DNA from: Bdellovibrionales bacterium
Lineage (GTDB): Bacteria; Bdellovibrionota; Bdellovibrionia; Bdellovibrionales; UBA1609
Direction: 5' to 3'
Assembly: GCA_965200875.1 (NCBI GenBank)
Contig: OZ241456.1
Location: forward strand, 1,376,001 to 1,440,000
Length of the DNA stretch: 64,000 nucleotides
How positions within the stretch are numbered: position 1 is the first letter of the stretch; every line of letters starts with the position of its first letter. The notes under the pieces were generated by a model. It was not told the DNA's origin, made no database searches, and saw only the letters and a program-made list of their open reading frames with translations. A program made the position numbers and the translations under genes. Of the stretch, positions 51,873 to 62,419 are shown piece by piece.

Positions 51873-52652
51873 ATGAGATTTTCTGCTTTTTTTCTTTTTT
51901 GTATATTGTGTTCTTTTTCCTGTTTTGTGGAAACAAAGTCTTTAACCGGAAAGTTTTCCACAAAAAAAACTATAAAAGAAGAGCACTTCCAAAAATTGTC
52001 TGCACAAAAAGAGAGTAAAGAAAAAGTGATCAATACTCCTCCGGTGTCTGTTTATCCGGTTCATCAGCAAATAGAAGGAGAATCGGGAAAAAAGCTTCTT
52101 GACTTAAAGCCAGTGTCAGCGGATTGGTTGGAACATTATCCTTCGATAAAAAAAGAAGTTGAGAAGATTATTCAGACAAAAAAACAGGAAATCACAAAAT
52201 CTGCGGAAGAGTTATTTAATGATAACCCTCATTCAAATCTTTTGCCTTATCGCCTTTATATAAAGGAATTGAAGTTATTTCAACCAAAAAACAAAGACAT
52301 TGTCAGCGTGCGACTGAAAATCTATACCTATACGGGAGGTGCTCATGGAGGCACTTTTTACTACAGCTGGAACTGGAGTCAAAAAAAACAAAAGTTTTTA
52401 TCTCTGAATGAAGTTTTGTCTTCTGAGCAATTTATACAAATTGTCAAAAAAACAAGGAAACTTCTGTTTGAAAAAGAAAAACAGGGGAACAAATATGATA
52501 AATATCGAAAAAGAGATATTCATCTGGGAACTGATGAAAAGAAAGACTTTACAATTTGGAATCTTCATCAGGATATGATTATATTTGTATTTCCTGAATA
52601 TCAAGTAGCCTCTTATGCCGCCGGCAGTTTTGAAGTTCATGTTTCGTTATAA
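51873..52652 (+). CDS. RsiV/PdaC-like (DUF3298/DUF4163) exported protein
   Basis: YTYTGGAHG and FPEYQVASYAAG motifs; signal-like N-terminus. Confidence 0.8.
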   Translation: MRFSAFFLFCILCSFSCFVETKSLTGKFSTKKTIKEEHFQKLSAQKESKEKVINTPPVSVYPVHQQIEGESGKKLLDLKPVSADWLEHYPSIKKEVEKIIQTKKQEITKSAEELFNDNPHSNLLPYRLYIKELKLFQPKNKDIVSVRLKIYTYTGGAHGGTFYYSWNWSQKKQKFLSLNEVLSSEQFIQIVKKTRKLLFEKEKQGNKYDKYRKRDIHLGTDEKKDFTIWNLHQDMIIFVFPEYQVASYAAGSFEVHVSL

Positions 52653-52684
52653 AATCTTACAATTATTTTTTCCCGAACAGAAGT

Positions 52685-53161
52685 GTGCCATCAGAATCAT
52701 CTGAAAGTGAGGGAATGGTTCGTGTGGCTTTTTTGGATACGGCGAAGAAATGTTTTGTGTATGACAGCATGACCAAAGAGATGGTTATTTGTGATGAGGA
52801 AGATACAGTTTTGGTGAGAGATTCAGAAGAGGTTTTAGCGAGTTCTCTTTCTTCGTATGCTCCTGTTGATTCTTCTTTTCTTCCGGTGGGAGCTTTACAA
52901 ACGGCTGGCTTGGGAGGTTTTATATGTGCTTATAAAGAACCGATAGGACTGTTTGCAGCTTTTGTAGGATTAGGATCACTCTTATCAACAGGAGGCATGT
53001 TAGCGGGAGCTGGAGGAACAGCAGTAACAGCTGGAAGTATAGGAGTAATAGTCATAGGAGGAGTAATCGTAGTAGGGGCAGGAATAACATTCGTATTAGT
53101 ATGTGATAATTTCATAGAAGGTATAACGCAAAGAGGTTCGTTTAATTCTGCAAGAAAATAA
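52685..53161 (+). CDS. Hypothetical protein with Gly/Ala-rich hydrophobic C-terminal hairpin
   Basis: Acidic N-half, then about 55 aa of uninterrupted G/A/V/I-rich sequence. Confidence 0.6.
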   Translation: MPSESSESEGMVRVAFLDTAKKCFVYDSMTKEMVICDEEDTVLVRDSEEVLASSLSSYAPVDSSFLPVGALQTAGLGGFICAYKEPIGLFAAFVGLGSLLSTGGMLAGAGGTAVTAGSIGVIVIGGVIVVGAGITFVLVCDNFIEGITQRGSFNSARK

Positions 53162-53240
53162 CAAATTTTAAGGATTTTTCTTGCAATTATTCATAAGGCT
53201 TTTTAAAATTAAGTAACAACTTTAAATGAAGGGGGTTATA

Positions 53241-53654
53241 ATGAAACTTTTTGGAAAAGCCGGGTTTGTTTTATTTTTTGGATTTTCCTGTTTCGCACAA
53301 GAGAATCAGCAAACACAAGTAGGGTGCGACTGCCTACATAAAGCAGGAACAGTCACAGCCAGCGACCTTTCCTCTCAACAATCGCGACAGGACACAGCCA
53401 GCTTAAACTGCGCCAATAAACTTGCCAACATACCTGGAGAAGAAGACATAAGTCCGCATATTGAACCATTAAGCAACTCTGAAAACAACAATGAACCAGT
53501 ATATGCGTGTTTTGCCATTCATTATGTGTATGGATTCGGATCGGATCGCGAGGAAGCTATAAGAAACGCAAGGCAAACTTGTTCCGCACTAGTGCAAGAC
53601 CCTCAAATAGAAGAAGCGATTATTCATCCTGAAGAATGCAAAAACGAGAGATAG
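53241..53654 (+). CDS. Secreted Cys-containing hypothetical protein
   Basis: Signal peptide; GSDREEAIRNARQTC motif (DUF4189-like). Confidence 0.65.
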   Translation: MKLFGKAGFVLFFGFSCFAQENQQTQVGCDCLHKAGTVTASDLSSQQSRQDTASLNCANKLANIPGEEDISPHIEPLSNSENNNEPVYACFAIHYVYGFGSDREEAIRNARQTCSALVQDPQIEEAIIHPEECKNER

Positions 53655-53660
53655 TATCTT

Positions 53661-53933
53661 ATGAAATGGTTATGGCTAGCCAAGTGCTTCTTTATGCTGT
53701 TTCTTTCAGCCTGTTCATCAGATCAGGTGATAAACAACTCTGGCAAAGATAAAACAAACGGAGCTGGTTCAACAAATAACAATGAGCTTCCGGGCAAGGT
53801 TATTGTAATTTGCCGGTGTGGAAAAGGACATGTAAGCTGGTCTGGAGAAAATGAATCCTCAGCCAAGGAAGTTTTGAAGAAAAATTGTGAATCCTTATCA
53901 CAATCCATCCGGGATTGTCGTGTAAAGAAATAA
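53661..53933 (+). CDS. Small Cys-containing lipoprotein
   Basis: Lipobox LSAC; GENESSAKEVLKKNC motif. Confidence 0.7.
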   Translation: MKWLWLAKCFFMLFLSACSSDQVINNSGKDKTNGAGSTNNNELPGKVIVICRCGKGHVSWSGENESSAKEVLKKNCESLSQSIRDCRVKK

Positions 53934-53964
53934 CAGCCTCAAAAACACAAAAAAATGAAGAAAA

Positions 53965-54038
<74 letters not shown>

Positions 54039-54330
54039 ATATACCATTTATCCTCTTAATAAAATCACTCAATATATTTTACTTTCACTTTTCTGAATAT
54101 TGTTTTAGTATAAAAAGCAACAATTTTAAACTAACACAGCCAAGGAGTTGTCAAACCTTCAAAAACCTCATGTCTATAAAGAGGCGACAAAGCAAAATGA
54201 AGGGAAAACTCCTTAAGAACACAGTAAATCCAAAACCGATGTGGTATAAAAAGTGCCAGCAAAACCTTTAACAAAATACAGACAAGCAATAATAAATACT
54301 AAAATCATCAAAATAACATAAAATAGTCAA

Positions 54331-56703
54331 GTGAATTTAGAAAAAATTATTTTTCTGCTGTTTTTACACTCCAGTTTGAACTTTCTGGTGGCAGATCATC
54401 TTTATTCCGAGGCTTTCGCTTTTAAAGCTCCAAAAAATTCCAAACAAAGCCATTTATCTTCTGTCAGTAACAAACCGGCAGATCTGAAAAATCACACTCA
54501 TTTTTCAACAGTAAAATTAGTTACACCTTATCAAATTTTGCCCCGAAAAATCAAAAATATCCCCATAGGGTTATGGGTCACTTTAAACAAGGGCTGGTAT
54601 AGTTATTGGAAAAACCCGGGCGAAAGCGGAAAACCTTTAAAAATAAAATGGATTTTACCAAAGGGAAATGACATTTCTGATTTTAACTGGCCGATTCCAG
54701 AGAGAACACAATTCAGAACCTTTACCAATTTTGTGTATAAAGATGATTTTCTTTTAATAAGTGAATGGTCACTTCCGAAAAAAAAAATAGGAGAGCAAAT
54801 CCATATCAAAGCTCAAGTAGAATGGCTGATCTGCAAAGAAGTATGTATCCCTCTGACACAGGAAACCCATTTAAAATTGCCAGTTGAACCTTTAAGCTCA
54901 AACAAAACTCAGAAAAACAAATACCCGGAAAACATATCCAGCCCCTCTCATTCCACACCCCACTCTTCTCAGTCTGAAGCAAGAACAAAAAACAAGGAGA
55001 AAAACACAAAACAGACAATAAATACTTATTGGCAATCTATTTTTGACAAATGGTCCAAAAAAATACCTGAAATTGTTAAAAAAAATATAATAATTCAAGA
55101 AACAAACACTTACTGGAAAGCTGACTTCACCACAGATAAAAAACTTCAGCTCCTAGATGTGTTTCCTTTATCCAACAATTTATTTTCTCTTCAAACGCCT
55201 GAAATTATCTCTGCTGAAAATTATCAGCATTCTTTTCACATCAGAAAATCTGATTTTCAAAACAGTGCGAAATCTTCCAATACAAATAAATCTTCTTCAT
55301 CACCACTGAAAAAGAAAACCAACAATGCTGACACTCATACTGCAAATAAAAAAACACAAGCCCTTGTGGTTTTCCACCAAACTCAAATGGCCATGAATGA
55401 ATATTCAAAAAACACACGCTCGAAAGAAAAAAAAACACTGCCGGAAATGGTGACCAACAGGAAAAATAAAGTGGGTATCCTATACACTTTCATGCCTAAG
55501 TCGGAAAGTATATTGTGGTTTCTGATTCTGGCTTTCTTAGGAGGAATACTCCTGAACCTGATGCCTTGTGTGTTGCCGATCGTATTTTTGAAGTTCTCAA
55601 ACACTTTGGAACAATCAAAACAAAAAACTCTTACGGTTGTGTCAGGGAATTTATGTTACAGCGCAGGTGTTATCTCCTCTTTTCTTCTTCTGGCTATTCT
55701 TCTTCTCTTGTTTAAAAAAGGAGGGGAATCCATTGGCTGGGGCTTTCAAATGCAGTCTCCTTATTTTCTTCTCAGTATAATTTTTCTATTCGTCCTTATC
55801 AGTTTTGGCTTTATGGGATGGTTGTCTGTTTCTCTACCTTCTCTTCCTTTTTTTCACAGTGGCCAAAACAATTTTAAACATTTTTTAACAGGAGTTTTAT
55901 CCACTACATCCGCTTCCCCCTGTACAGCACCTTTTATGGGTGCGTCCATTGGATATGCTTTATCCAGTGACACTTTTCAGGCCATAATGATTTTTCTCTT
56001 TTTGGGTATAGGGCTTTCTTTTCCTTATCTCTTGCTGTCTGTTTTTCCAAAATGGATAAAATATATCCCTACTCCTGGAAACTGGAGTCACAAATTAAAG
56101 CACTTTATGGCCTTTCCTATGCTGATCACCAGTGCCTGGCTGATTCACTTGTTTAACAGACAAAAGCCTTCCGCGCTCCTACCAGTATTGCTTGGTCTTT
56201 TATTTATGGCTCTTGGATTTTGGATTTTAAATAATCTCAAAAGAAGAACCTGGCTTACAGGTCTTTCCCGTGTTATCATACTTACCGGTTTAATCTATCC
56301 TTTCTTTCATTTATATGGGGAATCAAAGCTCAACTTGCCCGGTATAAACTGGCAAAAATTTTCCCTCAATAAAATGCGAAATATTAATGACAGTGGACAA
56401 GCTCTGTTTATTAATTTCACAGCTGATTGGTGCTTAACCTGTAAATTTAACGAACAAATAACCTTTAAAAATAAAAAAGTTATAAAATTCTTTTCTCAAA
56501 ATCAAATCCATAGCCTTAAAGGAGACTGGACAAATAAAAACAGAGAAATTACTGAAGTGTTGAATAACTATCATCGATCCGGCATTCCTTTTTACCTGTA
56601 TTTCCCTCCCTCAGCAGAACCTTCTTCAGGTATTTTGTTACCTGAACTGCTAACCCCCGGTTTGCTTTTAAAGTATCTGAATAAACAAGAAGTGGCTAAA
56701 TGA
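54331..56703 (+). CDS. dsbD: DsbD-family protein-disulfide reductase
   Basis: WYSYWKNPG and CKEVCIP N-domain; LNLMPCVLP and SPCTAPFMG TM domain; FTADWCLTCK thioredoxin domain. Confidence 0.9.
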   Translation: MNLEKIIFLLFLHSSLNFLVADHLYSEAFAFKAPKNSKQSHLSSVSNKPADLKNHTHFSTVKLVTPYQILPRKIKNIPIGLWVTLNKGWYSYWKNPGESGKPLKIKWILPKGNDISDFNWPIPERTQFRTFTNFVYKDDFLLISEWSLPKKKIGEQIHIKAQVEWLICKEVCIPLTQETHLKLPVEPLSSNKTQKNKYPENISSPSHSTPHSSQSEARTKNKEKNTKQTINTYWQSIFDKWSKKIPEIVKKNIIIQETNTYWKADFTTDKKLQLLDVFPLSNNLFSLQTPEIISAENYQHSFHIRKSDFQNSAKSSNTNKSSSSPLKKKTNNADTHTANKKTQALVVFHQTQMAMNEYSKNTRSKEKKTLPEMVTNRKNKVGILYTFMPKSESILWFLILAFLGGILLNLMPCVLPIVFLKFSNTLEQSKQKTLTVVSGNLCYSAGVISSFLLLAILLLLFKKGGESIGWGFQMQSPYFLLSIIFLFVLISFGFMGWLSVSLPSLPFFHSGQNNFKHFLTGVLSTTSASPCTAPFMGASIGYALSSDTFQAIMIFLFLGIGLSFPYLLLSVFPKWIKYIPTPGNWSHKLKHFMAFPMLITSAWLIHLFNRQKPSALLPVLLGLLFMALGFWILNNLKRRTWLTGLSRVIILTGLIYPFFHLYGESKLNLPGINWQKFSLNKMRNINDSGQALFINFTADWCLTCKFNEQITFKNKKVIKFFSQNQIHSLKGDWTNKNREITEVLNNYHRSGIPFYLYFPPSAEPSSGILLPELLTPGLLLKYLNKQEVAK

Positions 56704-56750
56704 AAATGAGTGTCATTTTTATTGACATCAGTGATTTTCTGATTATATAA
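56699..56750 (+). promoter_or_regulatory. Fur-box-like palindrome next to the fur promoter
   Basis: AATGAAAATGA-GTG-TCATTTTTATT; 56702-56720 matches 13/19 of GATAATGATAATCATTATC; TTGACA at 56722. Confidence 0.6.
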
Positions 56751-56758
56751 CAACTAAC

Positions 56759-57250
56759 ATGGATATACCTGAGCTTCCCAGAGGATATACAAAAGACGAG
56801 CTGATTCAACCTCGAACGAGGCTTTCGGAGAGTAATTTAAAATCCATGCTCAGGAGCATGAATCTTAAAGTCACCAGCCAAAGGCTTTCTATTTTAAAAG
56901 CCCTGAGCACAGGTCCTAAAACACATGTCACAGCTAAAGATGTGTTTGAAAAAATTCGAACTCAACACCCCAACATTGGATTTGCCACTGTTTATCGTTT
57001 TTTAAAAGACACTTCACGATATGGAATCACTTCTGAACTGCGCATTGGTCATACTCCCTCCCGGTATGAATTAAAAATCAGAGAACATCATCACCATATT
57101 GTATGCACCAGCTGTGGCAAGATTATTGAGTTTCAAAATGAAATTATAGAAAAACAAATCAAAAAAATCAGCAAAGATCACAGTTTTTCACTGGAGCATC
57201 ATATTTTTGAACTCTACGGGCGTTGTAACCGCTCTGCCTGCCAAAAATAA
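56759..57250 (+). CDS. fur: Fur family transcriptional regulator
   Basis: TSQR, ATVYR, HHHHIVCTSCG and C-terminal Cys pair. Confidence 0.9.
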   Translation: MDIPELPRGYTKDELIQPRTRLSESNLKSMLRSMNLKVTSQRLSILKALSTGPKTHVTAKDVFEKIRTQHPNIGFATVYRFLKDTSRYGITSELRIGHTPSRYELKIREHHHHIVCTSCGKIIEFQNEIIEKQIKKISKDHSFSLEHHIFELYGRCNRSACQK

Positions 57251-57288
57251 CCAGCTGGAGTCCCCAGATGAGCAAAAAAAGACAAAAT

Positions 57289-57858
57289 ATGAAAAAAAAC
57301 GGCTTCTTCGTTTTATCAGGGCCAAGTGGATCTGGTAAATCCACGATAGTAAAAGAAGTCTTATCTTTATACGGCCCGGAGATAATGGGCACGACTGTCT
57401 CTTACACCACTCGCCCCTTAAGAGGTGCTGAGCAAGAAGGCAAGCATTATCATTTTGTGAGCAAGGAGGAATTTTTATCCCTTAAGGAAAAAAACTTTTT
57501 TGCAGAATGGGCTTATGTTTATAACCATTATTACGGAACAGATATCAAGCAAATTAATCAGCATTGGAGCAAAGGACGAGCCATTATCAAGGATTTTGAT
57601 TTAAAGGGTGCTTCTGCAATTAAACAGCTTTATCCTCAAGCTTTAAGAATTTTTATTTCCCCTCCGTCTGTAGAAGAATTGGCCGATCGCGTCCGCAAAA
57701 GACAGGAAAATCTCCCGGAAGAAATAAAATTCAGACTGCAAGAAGCAAAAAAGGAAATGAAGCAAAAGGTTCAATTTGATTATCATCTGAAAAATGTGAA
57801 CCTAAAAAAAACAATCGAAAAAATAAAAAAAATTATTGATAAATATCTGAAAATTTAG
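57289..57858 (+). CDS. gmk: Guanylate kinase
   Basis: SGPSGSGKST, SYTTR, YHFVS and YYGT motifs. Confidence 0.96.
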   Translation: MKKNGFFVLSGPSGSGKSTIVKEVLSLYGPEIMGTTVSYTTRPLRGAEQEGKHYHFVSKEEFLSLKEKNFFAEWAYVYNHYYGTDIKQINQHWSKGRAIIKDFDLKGASAIKQLYPQALRIFISPPSVEELADRVRKRQENLPEEIKFRLQEAKKEMKQKVQFDYHLKNVNLKKTIEKIKKIIDKYLKI

Positions 57859-57899
57859 CCGAACCTCAGGGGCAGGTTCTGCCTTACAGAGCGATTAAA

Positions 57900-58163
57900 C
57901 TACTCTGGGTAAAGATATTTTGGAATTTGTTTTTCCACTTTTAAATCTTTTTCCAGCTGTTCTTCCGGGAGGGTTGAACCACAATTAAAGGTGATTTTAT
58001 CGGCGGCCACTTCTCTTAAAGCATTAACCACATTGCTGTTCTTATCATTCACTAAACATTTATCTCCTTTTAAAAATTGCTTCACGCGCTTTGTAACCAG
58101 AGATACAAGAGCAAAACGATTAGATACTTTAGTCAGACAATCCTCAACTGTTACGCGAGCCAT
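57900..58163 (-). CDS. rpoZ: RNA polymerase omega subunit
   Basis: MARVTVEDCL...NRFALV...ALREVA. Confidence 0.95.
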   Translation of the reverse strand: MARVTVEDCLTKVSNRFALVSLVTKRVKQFLKGDKCLVNDKNSNVVNALREVAADKITFNCGSTLPEEQLEKDLKVEKQIPKYLYPE

Positions 58164-58341
58164 TATAATCCTCCTTTGAAAGTGACAAACCAAGAAAATG
58201 ACATTACTTTTCCCCGGGCGACTTTTTATTAACTTTCTGGAAAAAATATCTTATTTATTTTATAAAAGCAAGATAAATTTCAGACCGGTTTTACTTATTT
58301 TCTTTGTGTATTTTGGTAAAACAGGATATAATTTATTTGCA

Positions 58342-60561
58342 ATGTCGTCTGAGCGAAAGATAAATCTGGATTATAAACATAAATCTGAACAAGGTGTCAG
58401 GGACCTTGTTGTTCGTATTCAAAAATATTACCCCTCTGCAAACTTAGATATAGTACATAAAGCTTACAATCTGGCAGAAAAAGCCCATACCGGCCAATAT
58501 AGAAGAGATGGTACGCCTTTTGTATTTCATCCTCTCCATGTAGCCACCATCTTAGCAGATCTTAAGCTGGACCTTTATACTATCGTGACGGGTCTCCTGC
58601 ATGATGTGGTGGAGGACACTTCTGTGGGTCTGGATGTTATTACAGAGCAATTTAATAAAACGGTGGCTTTTTTAGTGGATGGAGTTAGCAAAGTCTCTCA
58701 AATACATTTCAAGGACACTCAAAAAAAAGATAGTGAGAATATGAGAAAAATGATTGTGGCTATGGCCTGTGATGTGCGGGTTATTTTGGTCAAGCTGGCT
58801 GATCGTCTACACAACATGAGAACTCTTATTCACCTGCCCTTGGAAAAACGATTAAAAGTGGCTAGGGAAACATTGGATATTTACGCGCCTTTGGCGTCCC
58901 GGCTGGGTATTCACTCTATTAAGGTGGAGTTGGAGGATCTGGCTTTTTGTCATTCTGATAGAGAGGCTTATCACTCTTTGGTGGAAAAAATGGACAGTGA
59001 AAAAGAGGAAATGGAGAAATACATTTCCGAAGTGATTCGCATTCTACAAAAAGAAATGACTGAACAAATGAATTTAAAAGTGGAAATAACTGGTCGTCCC
59101 AAAAACTTATATTCCATTTATCAAAAAATGATCACGCAAAATGTGGATTACAGTCAAGTGTATGACATTTTGGCTTTTCGGGTTTGTGTGAATAAAGTTG
59201 AAGAATGTTATAAGGTATTGGGGCTTATTCATTCCCTTTGGAAACCCATTCCAGGAAGATTTAAGGATTATATTGCCATACCCAAACAAAATAACTATCA
59301 AAGTCTTCACACGACTGTATTGGGGGAAAAAGGAAAGCGAATTGAAATCCAAATCAGAACCCATGAAATGCACCTGCTGGCGGAGCGTGGAATTGCAGCT
59401 CATTGGAAATATAAAACTGAGTCTTGGAAAAACAACACTTCCGTTGATATGAGCACTTTAAAACAATTTAATTGGCTCATGGATTTGGTGAGCTTGCATC
59501 AGCAAAACACAAATTCCGGTGAATTTTTGGAGTCCGTAAAAATGGATCTGTTTGACTCCGATATATATATATTTACTCCAGAGGGTGATGTAAAAGAGTT
59601 TCCCAAAGGAGCCACTCCTATTGATTTCGCATACTGTATTCATACGGATTTAGGTCAGCGCATTACCGGAGCACGCATTAACGGACGACTGGTTCCTCTT
59701 AAACAAAAGCTTCAAAATGGAGATACAGTGGAAGTTATTACTTCCAAAAATCAAACTCCTTCTGAAGAGTGGCTTAAATATTGCGTGACTTCCAAGGCCA
59801 AATCAAAAATCAAGTCTTTTTTAAAAATGGAAAGCCGAAAGCGCGCACTGGAAATAGGCCAAAAACTTATTGAGAAGGAGTTAAGAAGCAGGGGTTTAAA
59901 AATGGAAGAAGTATTGAAAAAGCCAGTTTGCATAAAATACATGAAAGACAAAGGAATTAATACGAAAGAAGATCTTTATACTCAGCTGGGGTACGGCAAA
60001 GCACTGGTTAAAAACTTATTGGATATTATTATTCCCGAAAAATCAGATGCAGGGGACAGCACTTCCGCTGACGATATTTTTTCCCATGAAAAGCCACAAA
60101 CAGAAAAATCAGATCATTTTTGCCCAGTTGTAGTGGAAGGGTTAGGTAACATGTTAACAAACTTCGCTCGCTGTTGTCGCCCTTTGCCAGGGGACGCCAT
60201 TACTGGCTTTATCAGCAGAGGCCGGGGTATTGTGATTCATCGCCAAGCCTGTCGCTCTTTGCTGTCTATGGATTCTGAAAGATATATTGATGTGCAATGG
60301 AATCTTAATAAAAAGACAAAACAGAATAAACATGCTGTGGATATAAAGGTGGTTTCTCACGATGTTCCGGGAGTTTTAAAAAGTTTTTCAGAAGTATTTG
60401 CAGAACAAAACATTAACATTTTCAATCTTAAGGTTGCTTCCACAAAGGATAAGAAAGCAGTATCCTTGTTTAGTGTAGAGGTGCACGATCTGAAGCAACT
60501 TCAAGTTATTATTCGATCGTTAAAATCACTCAAGCATGTTCTTAATGTCATAAGAGGATAA
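58342..60561 (+). CDS. spoT: Bifunctional (p)ppGpp synthetase/hydrolase Rel/SpoT
   Basis: LHDVVED HD domain, KLADRLHN, YQSLHT, EIQIRT, TGS, CC and ACT domains. Start taken at MSSERK. Confidence 0.95.
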   Translation: MSSERKINLDYKHKSEQGVRDLVVRIQKYYPSANLDIVHKAYNLAEKAHTGQYRRDGTPFVFHPLHVATILADLKLDLYTIVTGLLHDVVEDTSVGLDVITEQFNKTVAFLVDGVSKVSQIHFKDTQKKDSENMRKMIVAMACDVRVILVKLADRLHNMRTLIHLPLEKRLKVARETLDIYAPLASRLGIHSIKVELEDLAFCHSDREAYHSLVEKMDSEKEEMEKYISEVIRILQKEMTEQMNLKVEITGRPKNLYSIYQKMITQNVDYSQVYDILAFRVCVNKVEECYKVLGLIHSLWKPIPGRFKDYIAIPKQNNYQSLHTTVLGEKGKRIEIQIRTHEMHLLAERGIAAHWKYKTESWKNNTSVDMSTLKQFNWLMDLVSLHQQNTNSGEFLESVKMDLFDSDIYIFTPEGDVKEFPKGATPIDFAYCIHTDLGQRITGARINGRLVPLKQKLQNGDTVEVITSKNQTPSEEWLKYCVTSKAKSKIKSFLKMESRKRALEIGQKLIEKELRSRGLKMEEVLKKPVCIKYMKDKGINTKEDLYTQLGYGKALVKNLLDIIIPEKSDAGDSTSADDIFSHEKPQTEKSDHFCPVVVEGLGNMLTNFARCCRPLPGDAITGFISRGRGIVIHRQACRSLLSMDSERYIDVQWNLNKKTKQNKHAVDIKVVSHDVPGVLKSFSEVFAEQNINIFNLKVASTKDKKAVSLFSVEVHDLKQLQVIIRSLKSLKHVLNVIRG

Positions 60562-60589
60562 ATTTTTAAATACTCGTCCGAGAAAAACC

Positions 60590-61891
60590 TTAAGCACATT
60601 TATCAGTTAGATATTCCTCTATTCGATTCACAGACAAACGTTCCTGCTTCATGGTATCTCGATCACGTACAGTCACTTGGTTATCCTGAAGAGAATCAAA
60701 ATCAACAGTGACACAAAAAGGAGTGCCTATTTCATCCTGTCGCCGATACCGTTTGCCAATACTGCCGTTTTCATCTTGTTCTATGCGCCATTTCTTTTGT
60801 AAAGACCGACCAATCCGATCAGCCAAATCCATTAATGGCTCTTTTTTACTTAAAGGCAAAACAGCTACCTGCACAGGAGATAAGCCAGGATCTAATGCCA
60901 GTACCACCCGGTTTTCTTGGTTTACTTTTTCCTCTTTATAGGCAGAACACAGAAGGGATAAAATTAAACGATCCAAACCTATAGAGGTTTCAATAATATA
61001 CGGAGTATAAGTTTCTTTTTTTTCCACATCAAAATAACTTATTTTCTTTCCGCTAAATTTTTGGTGTTGGCGTAAATCAAAGTCCCCTCTGTTGTGAACA
61101 CCCTCCAGCTCTTTCCACCCCATAGGAAAACAAAATTCCAAATCCACTGCCTTTCGCGCATAGTGAGCCAGCTCGTCTTTGCTATGCTCATGGATACGTA
61201 AAAATTTTTCAGAAAGCCCCAAATTCAGTAAAAACTTTTTTCTCTCCTCCAACCAGTAATCAAAATATTTGTCTGCGTCTTCAGAGTAGACAAAATACTG
61301 CATTTCCATTTGTCCAAATTCCCTGCAACGAAAAATAAAATTTCCTAAAGTAATCTCATTTCTAAAAGCTTTTCCAATTTGTGCCACCCCAAAAGGAATT
61401 TTCTTTCTCATGGAACCCTGAATATTCATAAAATTTACATAAATCCCTTGCGCGGTTTCAGGACGAAGATACACTAAAGAGGCATCTTCCTCCACTGAAC
61501 CTGCGTATGTTTTAAACATGAGATTAAAGTCTCTTGGTTCTGTTATGTTTTTAGAACCACAACGAGGACATGATAAACCTTTTTCTGTTGTTTTTTCCAA
61601 ACGAAATCGAAAACGACAGTCTTTGCAATCCACCAGAAGATCAGAAAATCCATCTAGATGCCCTGATGCCTTCCAAACCCTGGGATGCATTAATATGGAA
61701 GAATCCAGACCCACTACATCCTGTCTATGAGTCATTGCTCTCCACCAAAGTTGTTTGACATTCATTTTAAATTGCACACCCAACGGACCATAATCCCAGC
61801 AAGCACTAAGGCCACCATAAATTTCACTACTCGGAAAAATATATCCACGCCTTTTACACAAAGAAACAAGAGGGTTTAAGTCCTTCAACAT
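60590..61891 (-). CDS. glyS: Glycine--tRNA ligase (alpha2 type)
   Basis: [27 protein letters not shown] and [13 protein letters not shown] motifs. Confidence 0.96.
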   Translation of the reverse strand: MLKDLNPLVSLCKRRGYIFPSSEIYGGLSACWDYGPLGVQFKMNVKQLWWRAMTHRQDVVGLDSSILMHPRVWKASGHLDGFSDLLVDCKDCRFRFRLEKTTEKGLSCPRCGSKNITEPRDFNLMFKTYAGSVEEDASLVYLRPETAQGIYVNFMNIQGSMRKKIPFGVAQIGKAFRNEITLGNFIFRCREFGQMEMQYFVYSEDADKYFDYWLEERKKFLLNLGLSEKFLRIHEHSKDELAHYARKAVDLEFCFPMGWKELEGVHNRGDFDLRQHQKFSGKKISYFDVEKKETYTPYIIETSIGLDRLILSLLCSAYKEEKVNQENRVVLALDPGLSPVQVAVLPLSKKEPLMDLADRIGRSLQKKWRIEQDENGSIGKRYRRQDEIGTPFCVTVDFDSLQDNQVTVRDRDTMKQERLSVNRIEEYLTDKCA

Positions 61892-62292
61892 GAAAATAAC
61901 TCCTTCAATATAGTTTATCAGGATATCAAAAAAGCCTCAAGAGCTTAAAGTTGCTTCATTAATATAACAACAATTAAAGTACAAAAGAAAAAACATTTAT
62001 TCAGGACCGGATATGTAGAACCCGGTGAAAAAAGTTAATAGACATAAAAATGTTCAGATTGTGTTAAGAAAATATTAAGAATATATGTCATTATTTATAC
62101 AAAAATGAATTTTTTTCATATTTTTAAAAAATAATTTATACAAACTTGAAAATATCTTGTTTTTTTGATATGTTACATTTATATAAAGTTATAACTGTAA
62201 TCTCATTCTTAGGAATTACAGAAATACCACAAAGTTGGTTCTGAGCAAATTTGTTCTATTCAAGGAAATGCCTGACACATCTCCTGAAGTCT

Positions 62293-62345
62293 GCCCTCCA
62301 CGCAGGCGGGAATGATGGCAAAAACAAAACATTTTTTCAGGATTA
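62293..62345 (-). mobile_element. Degenerate family-1 fragment F
   Basis: gcaggcgggaatga...aaaacattttttcagga resembles the right half of copy B. Confidence 0.45.
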
Positions 62346-62419
62346 ACTAAAGTAAAAAAACAGGTAAAAAAAATTGAGACAAATAAAATTTGTTGTTTTT
62401 AAAGTTTTAAACTTAACAA

